DNA of 64,000 nt from a virus. The stretch covers positions 1 to 64,000 of IMG/VR virus record IMGVR_UViG_3300021432_000008; one strand, 5' to 3'. A model generated the notes under the pieces. It was given only the letters and a program-made list of their open reading frames with translations, was not told the origin of the DNA and made no database searches. The position numbers and the translations under genes were made by a program. Below, piece after piece: positions 16,797-26,626 of this stretch (position 1 is its first letter; every line of letters starts with the position of its first letter).

Positions 16797-17309
16797 ATGA
16801 ACCGCACCGACTGGAACCCACACGACCGACACACCTGCGGCGATTGCCGGGTGCTGGAAGGTCAGCTTCACAAACGAGGGTGCGATTGCGAGCGCTGCCC
16901 GATATGCCTTGGGCAGTTGATCTCCTGCGGCTGCTGTTACCGGCATTTCTACCCCGAGTACGATGACAGGCTGGTGCATGATCTGCGGACGCAGTACGCG
17001 GAAGCCTGCCGTGCCGGTTTCCCCCATGTCCATCCCACGAACGGCTTGCCCAGAGCCGTGTACGAGAATGGCTTGCCTGACGAGCAGTCCGAGGAATGGG
17101 ACCGCATCCTCGAAGCAAAGGGACGCATTCCCTACGTGGTTGCACCCAACCTCTGCGCCCGCTGCGGCGAGCTGTGGCCGGAGATGTTCCACGTTGAGGA
17201 CTGGAGCGACGTGATTCCGAAGGACCTTCAGGGCGCGATGCTTTGCCGGGGCTGCTACGAGGCAATCAAGGGGTTCGTGCTCAAGGGCAGAACGGAGGAA
17301 CGCAGATGA
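16797..17309 (+). CDS. Cys-rich Zn-binding protein
   Basis: CGDC...[22 protein letters not shown]...CARC...CRGC. Confidence 0.75.
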   Translation: MNRTDWNPHDRHTCGDCRVLEGQLHKRGCDCERCPICLGQLISCGCCYRHFYPEYDDRLVHDLRTQYAEACRAGFPHVHPTNGLPRAVYENGLPDEQSEEWDRILEAKGRIPYVVAPNLCARCGELWPEMFHVEDWSDVIPKDLQGAMLCRGCYEAIKGFVLKGRTEERR

Positions 17310-17692
17310 CCCGCGCCGACCGCCTCGCCTGGGCCAAGACCGCCACCGTCTGGCAATGGACCGTGGCATGCGCTACCCTGGTGATGGGGTGGAATGAACA
17401 CCGCGGCGCGTGGATAGACGAGCACGGCAATGCCACAGGGTTGACCGATGATGGCTACGGCGGGGGAGGAGAGCCGATCCGCGCCTGGAACCCCATCGAA
17501 CGCATCGAGGACTCCTGGCTTGTCCACCAGCGTATCGGGCAGGGTGAGTTGAGAGAACGGTACAGCCGGGAACTGGCCAGCGTAATCCTTGGACGCATGG
17601 GAGCCAGGGCGACGGACTACAGATACTTCGCCCTGGACATGACGCCGCGCGATGTGTGTTTGGCGGCGCTGCTGACCGTGGAGGAAGCATGA
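17306..17692 (+). CDS. Phage ABA-sandwich/BC1872-like protein
   Basis: VMGW...[13 protein letters not shown]...[10 protein letters not shown]. Confidence 0.6.
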   Translation: MTRADRLAWAKTATVWQWTVACATLVMGWNEHRGAWIDEHGNATGLTDDGYGGGGEPIRAWNPIERIEDSWLVHQRIGQGELRERYSRELASVILGRMGARATDYRYFALDMTPRDVCLAALLTVEEA

Positions 17693-18381
17693 CCGAGACG
17701 GAATGGAACGCGAGCGCGGACCCGGTCGCTATGCTCGATTGGCGGATGGGTCGCGATCAGGAGGGGCACGCCGGACAGTCTCCAGCAAGCCCCATCAGCG
17801 ACCGGCAACTCCGCCTTTTTGCGGTTGCGTGTTGCAGGTCTGTCTTTAGCCTCCTCACGGACAAGCGATCCCGCAAGGCTGTGGAGGTAGCGGAGAGGTT
17901 CGCGGATGGGGAGGCGACGAAGGAGGAGACGTTCAAACTCGCATCGTCCTGCATGACGCTTGCACGTTGCTTGATGCCATCATGGGAAGGGGATGCGGAA
18001 GCCAGGGCGATAATCGAAACTGCCGAAATGCACAATCAGGACGCCTTGCCTGGATACGCCAATCTCCTTCGGGAGATCATCGGTGACCCCTTCCGGCAAG
18101 TGGCCCTCTACGTATCCGGCAACGGCTCGGGTGAAGTATCAACCAACAGCAGCGGCGACGGTCCCTGGTGGCCACTCACCCCGCAGGCCCTCGCGCTTTG
18201 CGAAGTGGCGTACCGCGAGCGTGGAAGCGACGGCTCCCTGGACCCGCTGACGCTGAAATTGGTGGCGGATGCGCTGGAAGAGGCCGGTGCCGACGACTCG
18301 GTAATTCTCGGCCACCTAAGAAATGCAGGCCCGCATGTCAGAGGCTGCTGGGCAGTCGATTTGCTACTTGGAAAGGAGTAA
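17689..18381 (+). CDS. Gemmata-type repeat-family protein (often annotated SMI1/KNR4-like)
   Basis: MTETEW...DP...RQLRLFAVACCR...AVEVAERFADG...LLREIIGDPF...ADALEEAG...GPHVRGCWAVDLLLGKE. Confidence 0.85.
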   Translation: MTETEWNASADPVAMLDWRMGRDQEGHAGQSPASPISDRQLRLFAVACCRSVFSLLTDKRSRKAVEVAERFADGEATKEETFKLASSCMTLARCLMPSWEGDAEARAIIETAEMHNQDALPGYANLLREIIGDPFRQVALYVSGNGSGEVSTNSSGDGPWWPLTPQALALCEVAYRERGSDGSLDPLTLKLVADALEEAGADDSVILGHLRNAGPHVRGCWAVDLLLGKE

Positions 18382-18385
18382 CAAC

Positions 18386-18661
18386 ATGGCACGCGGCGAA
18401 GCGTTTTTCAAGCTGCCTGACGAAGAAGTGGTCAATCTCTGGCGCATTGACCCGCCTGGGCGACGTGCCATCAGCGAAGGCGACGAGGTTACCATTCGGG
18501 AACTGCGGCAATACGGACGCAATCATCTGGTGAAAGGTGGCCGTCGGCTGCGCGTGCGTGTCGTGTCTATAGACAGGGCGGACGCCCTACACGCATGCCA
18601 TGTGGAGATTCTGGCAGACCTATCGCCGCCACCGGCTCGGCAAGGAGAGTTGTTTGATTGA
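18386..18661 (+). CDS. Hypothetical protein
   Basis: AAGGAG RBS; ends QGELFD. Confidence 0.6.
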   Translation: MARGEAFFKLPDEEVVNLWRIDPPGRRAISEGDEVTIRELRQYGRNHLVKGGRRLRVRVVSIDRADALHACHVEILADLSPPPARQGELFD

Positions 18662-18726
18662 CCTCACCCCAACCTCCGCGCCGCCTCCCGTGCCCGCTCC
18701 ACGTCCTCCCCTCAAGGAGTCTGTAA

Positions 18727-18942
18727 ATGAGCCAGCCTAAACTGAGCATGACCGGCAAGGGTTCGCGCGGCGACTATCAGGTGTACGAGATAACAATGGA
18801 GATGACGCAGTTGACCGACACGATTGCTTTCGTGACCATCTGGGCAGGCGGGCGGCGAACCTACGAATTCGACAGCGATATGACCTACACGGAGGAGCTG
18901 CTCACTGAGATCATCAGCCTGGCGAAGACAGCCTCTCCGTGA
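18727..18942 (+). CDS. Hypothetical protein
   Basis: AAGGAG RBS. Confidence 0.6.
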   Translation: MSQPKLSMTGKGSRGDYQVYEITMEMTQLTDTIAFVTIWAGGRRTYEFDSDMTYTEELLTEIISLAKTASP

Positions 18943-18965
18943 CAGCCTACCCCGTTATTCTACGC

Positions 18966-20045
18966 TCATCCCAACCTACGGGCCACTTGCTTCGCCATCT
19001 CCAAGTCGGTTTGCTGGCCGTAGCCGTCCGTGACCTGAATGCTCTTCTGGCCGAGATAGCTTCGAGCAAAATCCAGTCCCAGCGCCCGCGTCACCCTCTG
19101 TTTCGCCGCATGCCGGCACTGGTACGGATGCAGCTGCACGCCGGCCTCCTCCGCGGCCGCGCGCACGGCCTTCGTCAGCCCCCAGCGCGAGTACGGGCCC
19201 CGCTGGCCGACGAACACGAAGTCGTCGCCGTTCTTGCCCTCCAGCCACGGCGCCAGAACCTTCTGCGCGCTCGTGCCCATGACGATCTCGCGGACGTGCC
19301 CAAGATGCGCGGTCTTGTGCTTAGCGGGCCGAAATACCCACTCCTCGCCAGCACGATCAACCTCGCACGCGCGCATCACGCGAACCTCGCCCGTGCGGCA
19401 CCCGGTAAACCACATGAAGAGCAACATCGCCCGCGGCATCGGCTTGAGCCGCCGGCACACGGCGATGATTGCCGGCCACTCTGCGGGCCGCACGGGCTCC
19501 GTGCTGCGGTGCTGGCGGTCCTGCTTGCCGATGGGTCGCAACGAGTGCAGGTGAGCCCATGAGCCTCTGGGAGCCAGCTTCAGACGCTCCAGCCGCCGCC
19601 AGATCGTCTTGATGCGGATGGTCTGCCGGTTGATGTGGTTGCGGCACCATCCCTTCTCGCCCATCGCCTTGCGGACGTCGTCCAGATCATCGATACCGAA
19701 GCCGTCCGTCGTCAGGTCGCGGTGGAGCGACAGCAGCACCTCGATCACGCGCTTGTAATGGCGGAACTCGTCGCGCTCGCCGTAGTGTCCCGTGGCCCAC
19801 TCAAGCCACTTGGCGATGGCCCCGGAGATGGTCGGCCACGCTCCGGCGAGGATGCGAGGCGGCTCGCCCGGTTGCGGTTTGTCGCTCTCAGCCGCAGCGA
19901 GCCGGACCAGCAGAGCGGCGTATTCCTGCGCGTTGTCACCACCGATGGGCCCGATGTAATAATCGTGCCCCCGCCAGCGGACCCGTTCTCGACCGCTGAT
20001 ATGGTGCGCCCGAGGTTGCGGCGGCCACTTCACCTTGCGTCCCAT
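18966..20045 (-). CDS. int: Tyrosine integrase/recombinase
   Basis: FTGCRTGE (R), HKT (K), HPYQCRH (HxxR), LGQKSIQVTDGY (Y). Confidence 0.93.
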   Translation of the reverse strand: MGRKVKWPPQPRAHHISGRERVRWRGHDYYIGPIGGDNAQEYAALLVRLAAAESDKPQPGEPPRILAGAWPTISGAIAKWLEWATGHYGERDEFRHYKRVIEVLLSLHRDLTTDGFGIDDLDDVRKAMGEKGWCRNHINRQTIRIKTIWRRLERLKLAPRGSWAHLHSLRPIGKQDRQHRSTEPVRPAEWPAIIAVCRRLKPMPRAMLLFMWFTGCRTGEVRVMRACEVDRAGEEWVFRPAKHKTAHLGHVREIVMGTSAQKVLAPWLEGKNGDDFVFVGQRGPYSRWGLTKAVRAAAEEAGVQLHPYQCRHAAKQRVTRALGLDFARSYLGQKSIQVTDGYGQQTDLEMAKQVARRLG

Positions 20046-20344
20046 CGGCTCCTCCCTCTTGCGCCCGGAATGTGGGTATTCCGGGGTAATGATTCAAGGG
20101 TAGGGGCAGGACGGCTATAAAAAAGCTCCTCTTTCGCAGGCTGCGCAATTGAGTTTCGCAATTCTCTCACCGGGCGATAGGTTCGCCCGGGGCGTGTCGT
20201 TTGCCGTCCTGGCCCGACGCTTGACAGAAACCTTGATGGGGTGCGAGGATAACGAGAGGGGCGGAACAGGTCAATACGTCTCAGTGGCGTTCGCAGCTAC
20301 CTACGATACCCTACAAACAAATCGGGTAGGGAGTGCCCGTCGCC

Positions 20345-20692
20345 TCACCCCACTTCCGACCGCGGTGCCCATGCCTCCTCGCACGCCAGGCCCAGCAGCA
20401 GCTTGCCCGCCTTGCGGACGCCATGCTTGCCGGCGATCTTCTCGCGCACGCGCCGGAAGAAGCCCTCGCGCGCGGGGTACTCGACAGCACGCGAGGAAGT
20501 GACCAGCAGCAAGTCAATGAGGAAGTCGTCGGGGAACTCGCGCACGTCGATCTCATCAAGGATCGCGTTGATGACCTCGAAGCGCCGGCGCTCACGCAGA
20601 GAATGGACGGTCCTGAGCATCTCCCGGCAGGCGCGTGGCAAGTCGAAGAGGACCTGTCGGCGCCAGTCGGAGATGAGGTCGGAGGAGAGCAT
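20345..20692 (-). CDS. Hypothetical protein
   Basis: ORF in operon. Confidence 0.55.
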   Translation of the reverse strand: MLSSDLISDWRRQVLFDLPRACREMLRTVHSLRERRRFEVINAILDEIDVREFPDDFLIDLLLVTSSRAVEYPAREGFFRRVREKIAGKHGVRKAGKLLLGLACEEAWAPRSEVG

Positions 20693-20698
20693 CGGAGG

Positions 20699-20884
20699 CT
20701 AATCCTTGTTCCATTGGCGAACGTGGTACTTGACCGATTCGACCAGATGACTCAGGTCCTCCAAGTGAACTTCGTCGATGTTCTTGTGGTCTTGGACACG
20801 TTCGTTGATCTGACCAAGGAGAGCCTGAACTTTGCTGATCTGAGAATCGATCTCCTTCTTCCTCGACAACTGGTCCTCTGTCAT
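20699..20884 (-). CDS. Small coiled-coil protein
   Basis: GAGGAGG RBS before MTEDQL. Confidence 0.55.
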   Translation of the reverse strand: MTEDQLSRKKEIDSQISKVQALLGQINERVQDHKNIDEVHLEDLSHLVESVKYHVRQWNKD

Positions 20885-21017
20885 TGTGCCCCTCCTCAAT
20901 CCCAACGGTCGAGCCGAACCTGTTGCCAGTCCGATGCCGAAGAAGCGGACAAGGTTCGCGCGAATTACCCGCACGCTGCTGCGATGCGCCCCGCCAGCGC
21001 CGTCGTGGAGAGGCGCG

Positions 21018-23183
21018 CTACCAGATCCGGTGCGTCCCAATGCGTTCAACCGTGGCCGGCCGATCCGAAGCGCCGACAGCCTTCGCGCCGTTCAGTTGCT
21101 CTCTGAGCCAGAACGGACTGTGGAGGATGCGGCATCCCCAGAAGGGCAGTCCGCCCGTGTCGTGGTTCTTGTGGTTCCACGTATGGCCGGAGAGCGGGAA
21201 GATCGTGAAGTTACGCAGGACCGCCGCCACGCACAACGCCGACTGGTCATCGACGGACAGGGTTCGGCAGATGTCCCAGGCCTGGCTGACCACTTTCGCG
21301 AGTCCAGGGTGATCCTTGCGGAAGAAGATCACGCCGGCGTTGAAGAGCGGCACGAAGCTCGCTCCCGGTAGGTACTCGCGCACAGCCTTCGTTATGTGCT
21401 CGTATCCATCGACGATCTCGTTGTCGTCGCCATACTCGCGTTGCCCGACGTGGTGCTTGTCGTAGGCCATCGCCAGCCCGAACTGCTCGGCTCGCACGAA
21501 CGGCCAGTCGAAACTGATCGGATCGGGAGCATCGTGGGGAGGCAACCGCGGCGAGAGCGGATGCTCTGGCCCAATCACGAAGGCGTCGGTATCGAGGTAG
21601 AGCGTCAGGTCATAGGGCGACTTCTCGAAGATGACGAGCTTCTGCGCCATCGCGTTGCTGCCCACGCCAAACGCCGTCGCGTCGTAGGGTATCACGGAGT
21701 CGAACAGTCCACGATCGACAGCGAGGTTTGCCGTCTGCTCCAGCAGCAGAGAGATGGGCAGACCGAGCCGCCGGGCGCAGCGAGCGGAGTAGTGCAGCTC
21801 CTCCACGTTGTCGCTGGCGAACGGCTCGCTCCGATCCTCCGGCTGGCGTGGGTCATAGACGAGGAAGACGACACCCCGCGGCGGCGTGATGACAGTCATG
21901 CGGTTCTCCAGGTCGGCCTTGTCGAAGGTACGCAACTCGCTCCAGCGGTCATGGACGCCGACAGCCACTGTCCATCTCTCGCCGTCAAGGACGGCACCGC
22001 CGGGGAAGAGAACACCGGCGTACTGATCCGCCGGCTTCGTGTTCCAGTCGGCCGACGCGATCGGCTCGGACAGAAAACGCCTGATCGCAAATGGAGGCTT
22101 CGCATCGAAGGTATAGACGCCCATGTGGTAGGTAATCCGCCCACCCGGCTCCGTCCGCGAGTGGAAGAAGTGCCAGAACTCATCCCCCACGAGGACAGGG
22201 GAAGCACCGCCCCGCATTTCCCCTTCGGTCCAGTGAACCCGCGTCGGTGTCTGGTAGGCCATCTCCGCTTGCTCGCCATCGATACGGAGGATACGGTGTG
22301 GAGCGATGGAGTACACCGCGTAAAGGCTGCCGTCGTGCTCGAACACCCCCCAATTCTTCTCCCAGAGGTTCCTCTTGGGATAGTTCGGGTAGAAGATTTG
22401 CTCGACGCGCAGGTCATCGCTCAGGCGGGCATACAAGACGCTTGTGTGCAGGAACGTGGTCTTGCCCACAACGCCCGTGTACATGACGTGGAGCTTGCCG
22501 CGAAACATGAAGAGTCTGGGGTCTTCCCGTCCGAAATTCGCCTGCTGCTGGTGGAACAGGTCGAGCTTCACCGGCTCGCCAAACGGTCGAAAACGGGCAT
22601 CCATCCTCTGGAGGAAAATCTCGCTGCCCGCCCAGCCGTTGCGGAAGGCGAACAGGTAGCCGTCCTGCCAGCGGATGAGCGATGGGTTGAAGCGCAGACC
22701 GGATGGGCCGGGAAGGGTGTGCTGGTCGATGCGGATGGTGTTGCCGTCCTCGACTGTCGGGGCGATTGCCGGCACTGGGCCATGTGTGATGATGGGCGGA
22801 TTGTGGATGCGGGGCGGCTCTGTCCTTCTGTTCTTCGCCCTCTCGCGGTTCCGCTTCACCCGCTCTGCGTCCTTGCCCGCCTCCGGATGGTCGTTACATC
22901 GCTGGCAATAGCTGACTGCCCTGTCCTTAGATAGCTTCTCCTGCGTGCAGGAACCGTGGAGATTGCACGCCATCAGATCAACCATGACGACGCTGCCGCG
23001 GCAGGCATCGCACGGTGTTTCCCCGATCTTCGGCCCCTGATGGGGACAGATGCCGCGGAGCAAGTGCGCCCCACGCGATGGCTGGCCGTTCTCCCGCGCC
23101 TGCGCCAGCACGCGCGGATCGTCGTCCGCGACCTCGATCTCGTTGTACAGCCCCGGTCCCAGGTATTCGAGGATAGTTGGCAT
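21018..23183 (-). CDS. Fusion: Cys-rich N-domain + GH130-like beta-propeller glycosidase + GT-A glycosyltransferase
   Basis: FNPSLIR, REDPRLF, EKNW, RGGASPV, VLFPGG; then SPYDLTLYLDTD (DxD), FNAGVIFF, DDQSAL. Confidence 0.8.
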   Translation of the reverse strand: MPTILEYLGPGLYNEIEVADDDPRVLAQARENGQPSRGAHLLRGICPHQGPKIGETPCDACRGSVVMVDLMACNLHGSCTQEKLSKDRAVSYCQRCNDHPEAGKDAERVKRNRERAKNRRTEPPRIHNPPIITHGPVPAIAPTVEDGNTIRIDQHTLPGPSGLRFNPSLIRWQDGYLFAFRNGWAGSEIFLQRMDARFRPFGEPVKLDLFHQQQANFGREDPRLFMFRGKLHVMYTGVVGKTTFLHTSVLYARLSDDLRVEQIFYPNYPKRNLWEKNWGVFEHDGSLYAVYSIAPHRILRIDGEQAEMAYQTPTRVHWTEGEMRGGASPVLVGDEFWHFFHSRTEPGGRITYHMGVYTFDAKPPFAIRRFLSEPIASADWNTKPADQYAGVLFPGGAVLDGERWTVAVGVHDRWSELRTFDKADLENRMTVITPPRGVVFLVYDPRQPEDRSEPFASDNVEELHYSARCARRLGLPISLLLEQTANLAVDRGLFDSVIPYDATAFGVGSNAMAQKLVIFEKSPYDLTLYLDTDAFVIGPEHPLSPRLPPHDAPDPISFDWPFVRAEQFGLAMAYDKHHVGQREYGDDNEIVDGYEHITKAVREYLPGASFVPLFNAGVIFFRKDHPGLAKVVSQAWDICRTLSVDDQSALCVAAVLRNFTIFPLSGHTWNHKNHDTGGLPFWGCRILHSPFWLREQLNGAKAVGASDRPATVERIGTHRIW

Positions 23184-23184
23184 C

Positions 23185-26100
23185 TTACTTGTACACCACG
23201 AGGTTGCTTGCCCATGCCTGCGGGAATTGACCGTTGAGTACCGCCGCGACATTCGTGCTCGCCGCCGGTACAATCTGCCGGCCCTCCTGACACTCGGCGC
23301 TGTTCCCCGCGCCACCGATCGAACCGCTCTGCCCGCCCGTGAAGCTGTTGCCCCACGGGCGGAGTGGCGGCGGCTCCAGAATGAACGCTGCCGCCGCGTA
23401 AGAGCAGGCGGCGTCCGTCAGGATCGTTCCCGTGTTGGGCTGATTCCGGACGCCGTTGTTACCGCCTCCCTGATCGACGACGTTGAGGGCGAGCCCTGTC
23501 ACCTGTTCGACGGTCATGAACATATTGCCCGTCGCACCGCCCGCCAGGGTCGCCTGTATCGTGACACCGACGGCTCCCAGCGGCGATGCGACAGAGAAGG
23601 TAGTCACGCTGCCGGATACCAGTCCGCCGATGCTGGGCAGCTGCTCGGTGGCGTCCACGGGCATCGTCGTACCTGAGTACGTACAGGAGACGGCAGCGTT
23701 CGACTCCCAGACGTAGACCTGCACGATGACCCGCGAGGCGGCAGAGAAGGTGAGCGCCGTCTTGCTGATCGTGTTGACGAAGGCGGCACCCGAAGACACC
23801 GGAGGCGTCTTGCCCACAGACACGATGCTGCACGCGCCGGAGCCCGAGCCCGAACCGCTCGCGGCGCAATCGCCCTGAGTCGCCGTCACCGTGACCGAGC
23901 CGTCGCCCAGGGTGTTGTTGCAGCAGCCGTCCGCGTTGCCGATGCCCATGAACTGGAACCCGGTCCAGGTGATGACCGCTGGAGGTCCGCAAGCGACCGT
24001 TGTGGAGGGGACGCCGACGCCCTTGACAACGCCGCCCAGCTGCATGTCGCAATTGACGCCGTTGATCTCCAGGTTGAGATAGTACGTCCCTTTGTCGCAC
24101 CAGATAGTGCCCTGAGCGATATAGGCGCAGGTGCCGCTTCCCGAGCCGGAACCCGAACCGCTGCCACCAGCGCCGGCCAATTCAGGAGGGCAAGCCGGGA
24201 AGGTGTTGACACATCCGCCGGCAGTCCAGCCAGCGGGGTAGGAGACTGTGGCGGTGCAGGTGGGCAACACGAAGGACGGGGTCGGGCAGACGGTGCCGTA
24301 AATCGCGCAAAACTCGAACGGTACGGCCTGAGTGCAGAGCGCCTGTATGGGAAACGTGATGGGGAAAGCCGTGCAGGGGGCGTCGCCGGTACTCAGCAGA
24401 GTGCCGCCGCCGAAGATGCCTCCTGGACAGCCCGGAAGACCCAAGCAGTCTCCGTCTCCGCCTTGCGGGTCGATCGGGCAGAAGAAGAGGGTGCCGTTGA
24501 CGTTGTCGGCCGGAGAATTATCCTTGTGGCAGACATAGACGAGGTAACCGATCCACGTCTTCGGGGTGCAGCCAGTTGTCGAGGTGCCGAGCTGGAAGCC
24601 GCTGAGACTAGCAACCGCTGCCCAGTTTTGCGAGGGCGACACGTTGCAATGGGCGCTGCTGGTGGCGACGAGGTTGTAGCTCGATCGGTCGAAGACAATG
24701 CCTGGCGTGCAGGAACCAATAGACGCCACAAGGACGGCCGGCATCGCTGCCGGACAGCATACGTCTGCCGCGATGCAGCAGTCCAGCCCGAAAGAATCTC
24801 CCGTGCAAGTGCAGGGCGTGCTGACGAGCGTCGGCGGCAGCAACCATGTCCCATCGTCCTGCTCTATAAACGTCAGGCACACGCCGTCCAGGCATGGGCA
24901 GCCCGACACGTTCGCCAGGCACACGCACAGGTCATCGGAGAAGTTGCAGCATACGGGTGACGGGCAGCACGGCGGGTTGACGAAGCACGTCTTCGTCGGG
25001 ATACCCGTCCAGGTATCGGTGCAGGTGACCTCGACAATCACGTCAAAGCCGGCGCCGCTGCCGAATTCTCCCGAGCCCGACCCGCTGTGCGGGCGGATGC
25101 ACGTCGCCGTCTGGCTGCACAGGTAGCGGGAGGACAGCACGGGGGGCGGCGGGATACACAGGAGCGTGCAGGTGTTCGGCTCCGTCACGAAAACAAAGTC
25201 GGCGCCGATCGGGACAGGCGTCAGGTAGACGTTGTCGAACGCGATCACGGTGCCGGGAGCGAGGTTGCCGATCACCTGCCCGACGACCGTCTGGATGATG
25301 CCCTGTCCCACTCCGGCGATGGCACCAACGCGGGCGGGGATGAACGTCGTGGCCTTCGCCGTCCCCGTTGCCGGCTGACAGCCCTTCCCTGGACCGAAGT
25401 AGTTGCCGATCAGGAGCGTTTGCGAGTGATCGAGGTACGGGCCGCGCTCCACTCTGGTAGTGACACGGTTGGCGTCCGCGACGTATTCCGCCAACGCGAC
25501 GATGCCATCGAAGACCCACGGGACGCAACCCGAATAGCAGGCGTCGATGCCCTCCGCCATCCACCGATACCAGTCGGACGCCGCCTGCTTCGCCAACGCC
25601 AGAAGCGTCGCCTCGTTGGTCGGTATCGTCGCCGGAGGCGTGTACGTGGCCGCCAGCGACGTGCGTAGCGTCTTGGTGCCGTTGAACCCGGCTGCCGTGC
25701 CCATCTCAGAGAGAGACAAGCTGGTGAGCGTCACCTGCTCAATCCACGTCGGGCCGCCCTGACCGGGGAACGTGACTGTGACGGATGACGGCAGGATCGT
25801 GTTCAGGTCCGTCTGTGCGTAGGGTACGAGGTCGAAGACGTCGCCCTCCAGCCGCACGGCGAGGTTCAGGTTCGCGGCGAAGGCTGCCTGCCCAGAAGTC
25901 GCGTTGAGCGCCAGCACGGTCCCGTCAGTCCTGCGAACTATTCGCTGGCCGCAGGAGAACGCCACGGCATCGAGCAAGAGTGGCAGTGTCGGGTAGTCGA
26001 GCGTCAACTCGTTCGACGGCACGAGGTAGGCGGCGGGAACCGTGTCCGCTGTGATGGTGATTCCGAGGGCGGTCGCGATCTGGGCATAGAGCTGCGCCCA

Positions 26101-26610
26101 TGTCGTCGTCGTGCCATCGACGGTGATCTTGCCGGCGCGGAACCACCAGTCGAGCCGATCGTCTGCCAGCGTAACGATGTAAAGCGCCGGTATCGGTAGC
26201 GGCTTGCCGTTGACGATGACGACGTTGCCGTTGGCGTCCACCAGATTGCCGTGGACGCGCTCCACGGGTCGCGCGGCCAGCATTCGCATCACGGGAGAGA
26301 TGCTGCGCTGACCGTCGCTGATGATGAGCGGACCCTTGCCGCCAGCGGCACGGATGGCGGCGAGCTGTGACTCTTGTACGATGTAGTGCCCCACCGCGAA
26401 CTTTGCCGCTCCAGTCGGCCAGTAGAGGCTGCCGATCTTCGTGGGCTTGGTGGGCAGAGCGCCCTGGAAGCTGGCGTAGGAGATGCTCTGCTCGGGCCAA
26501 GTGCGAGAGGCGAACTCAAGCAACCATGCTGGATCGAGAAGCGTGGAAATGCGGTCAACGACGTCGGGCGCCGGCCATTCAACGCTGACCCCACAGAAGG
26601 ACACGCTCAA
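23185..26610 (-). CDS. Large tail/baseplate-fibre protein with a Cys-rich C-terminal half
   Basis: 1141 aa; late-operon position; many CC/CxC motifs and GSGSGS linkers. Confidence 0.7.
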   Translation of the reverse strand: MSVSFCGVSVEWPAPDVVDRISTLLDPAWLLEFASRTWPEQSISYASFQGALPTKPTKIGSLYWPTGAAKFAVGHYIVQESQLAAIRAAGGKGPLIISDGQRSISPVMRMLAARPVERVHGNLVDANGNVVIVNGKPLPIPALYIVTLADDRLDWWFRAGKITVDGTTTTWAQLYAQIATALGITITADTVPAAYLVPSNELTLDYPTLPLLLDAVAFSCGQRIVRRTDGTVLALNATSGQAAFAANLNLAVRLEGDVFDLVPYAQTDLNTILPSSVTVTFPGQGGPTWIEQVTLTSLSLSEMGTAAGFNGTKTLRTSLAATYTPPATIPTNEATLLALAKQAASDWYRWMAEGIDACYSGCVPWVFDGIVALAEYVADANRVTTRVERGPYLDHSQTLLIGNYFGPGKGCQPATGTAKATTFIPARVGAIAGVGQGIIQTVVGQVIGNLAPGTVIAFDNVYLTPVPIGADFVFVTEPNTCTLLCIPPPPVLSSRYLCSQTATCIRPHSGSGSGEFGSGAGFDVIVEVTCTDTWTGIPTKTCFVNPPCCPSPVCCNFSDDLCVCLANVSGCPCLDGVCLTFIEQDDGTWLLPPTLVSTPCTCTGDSFGLDCCIAADVCCPAAMPAVLVASIGSCTPGIVFDRSSYNLVATSSAHCNVSPSQNWAAVASLSGFQLGTSTTGCTPKTWIGYLVYVCHKDNSPADNVNGTLFFCPIDPQGGDGDCLGLPGCPGGIFGGGTLLSTGDAPCTAFPITFPIQALCTQAVPFEFCAIYGTVCPTPSFVLPTCTATVSYPAGWTAGGCVNTFPACPPELAGAGGSGSGSGSGSGTCAYIAQGTIWCDKGTYYLNLEINGVNCDMQLGGVVKGVGVPSTTVACGPPAVITWTGFQFMGIGNADGCCNNTLGDGSVTVTATQGDCAASGSGSGSGACSIVSVGKTPPVSSGAAFVNTISKTALTFSAASRVIVQVYVWESNAAVSCTYSGTTMPVDATEQLPSIGGLVSGSVTTFSVASPLGAVGVTIQATLAGGATGNMFMTVEQVTGLALNVVDQGGGNNGVRNQPNTGTILTDAACSYAAAAFILEPPPLRPWGNSFTGGQSGSIGGAGNSAECQEGRQIVPAASTNVAAVLNGQFPQAWASNLVVYK

Positions 26611-26626
26611 GCGGCACCCTCCCTGC

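Noticed and set aside
20140-20200. tRNA fragment as att core
   Set aside because: No convincing T-arm (GTTCGA) plus acceptor/CCA pattern
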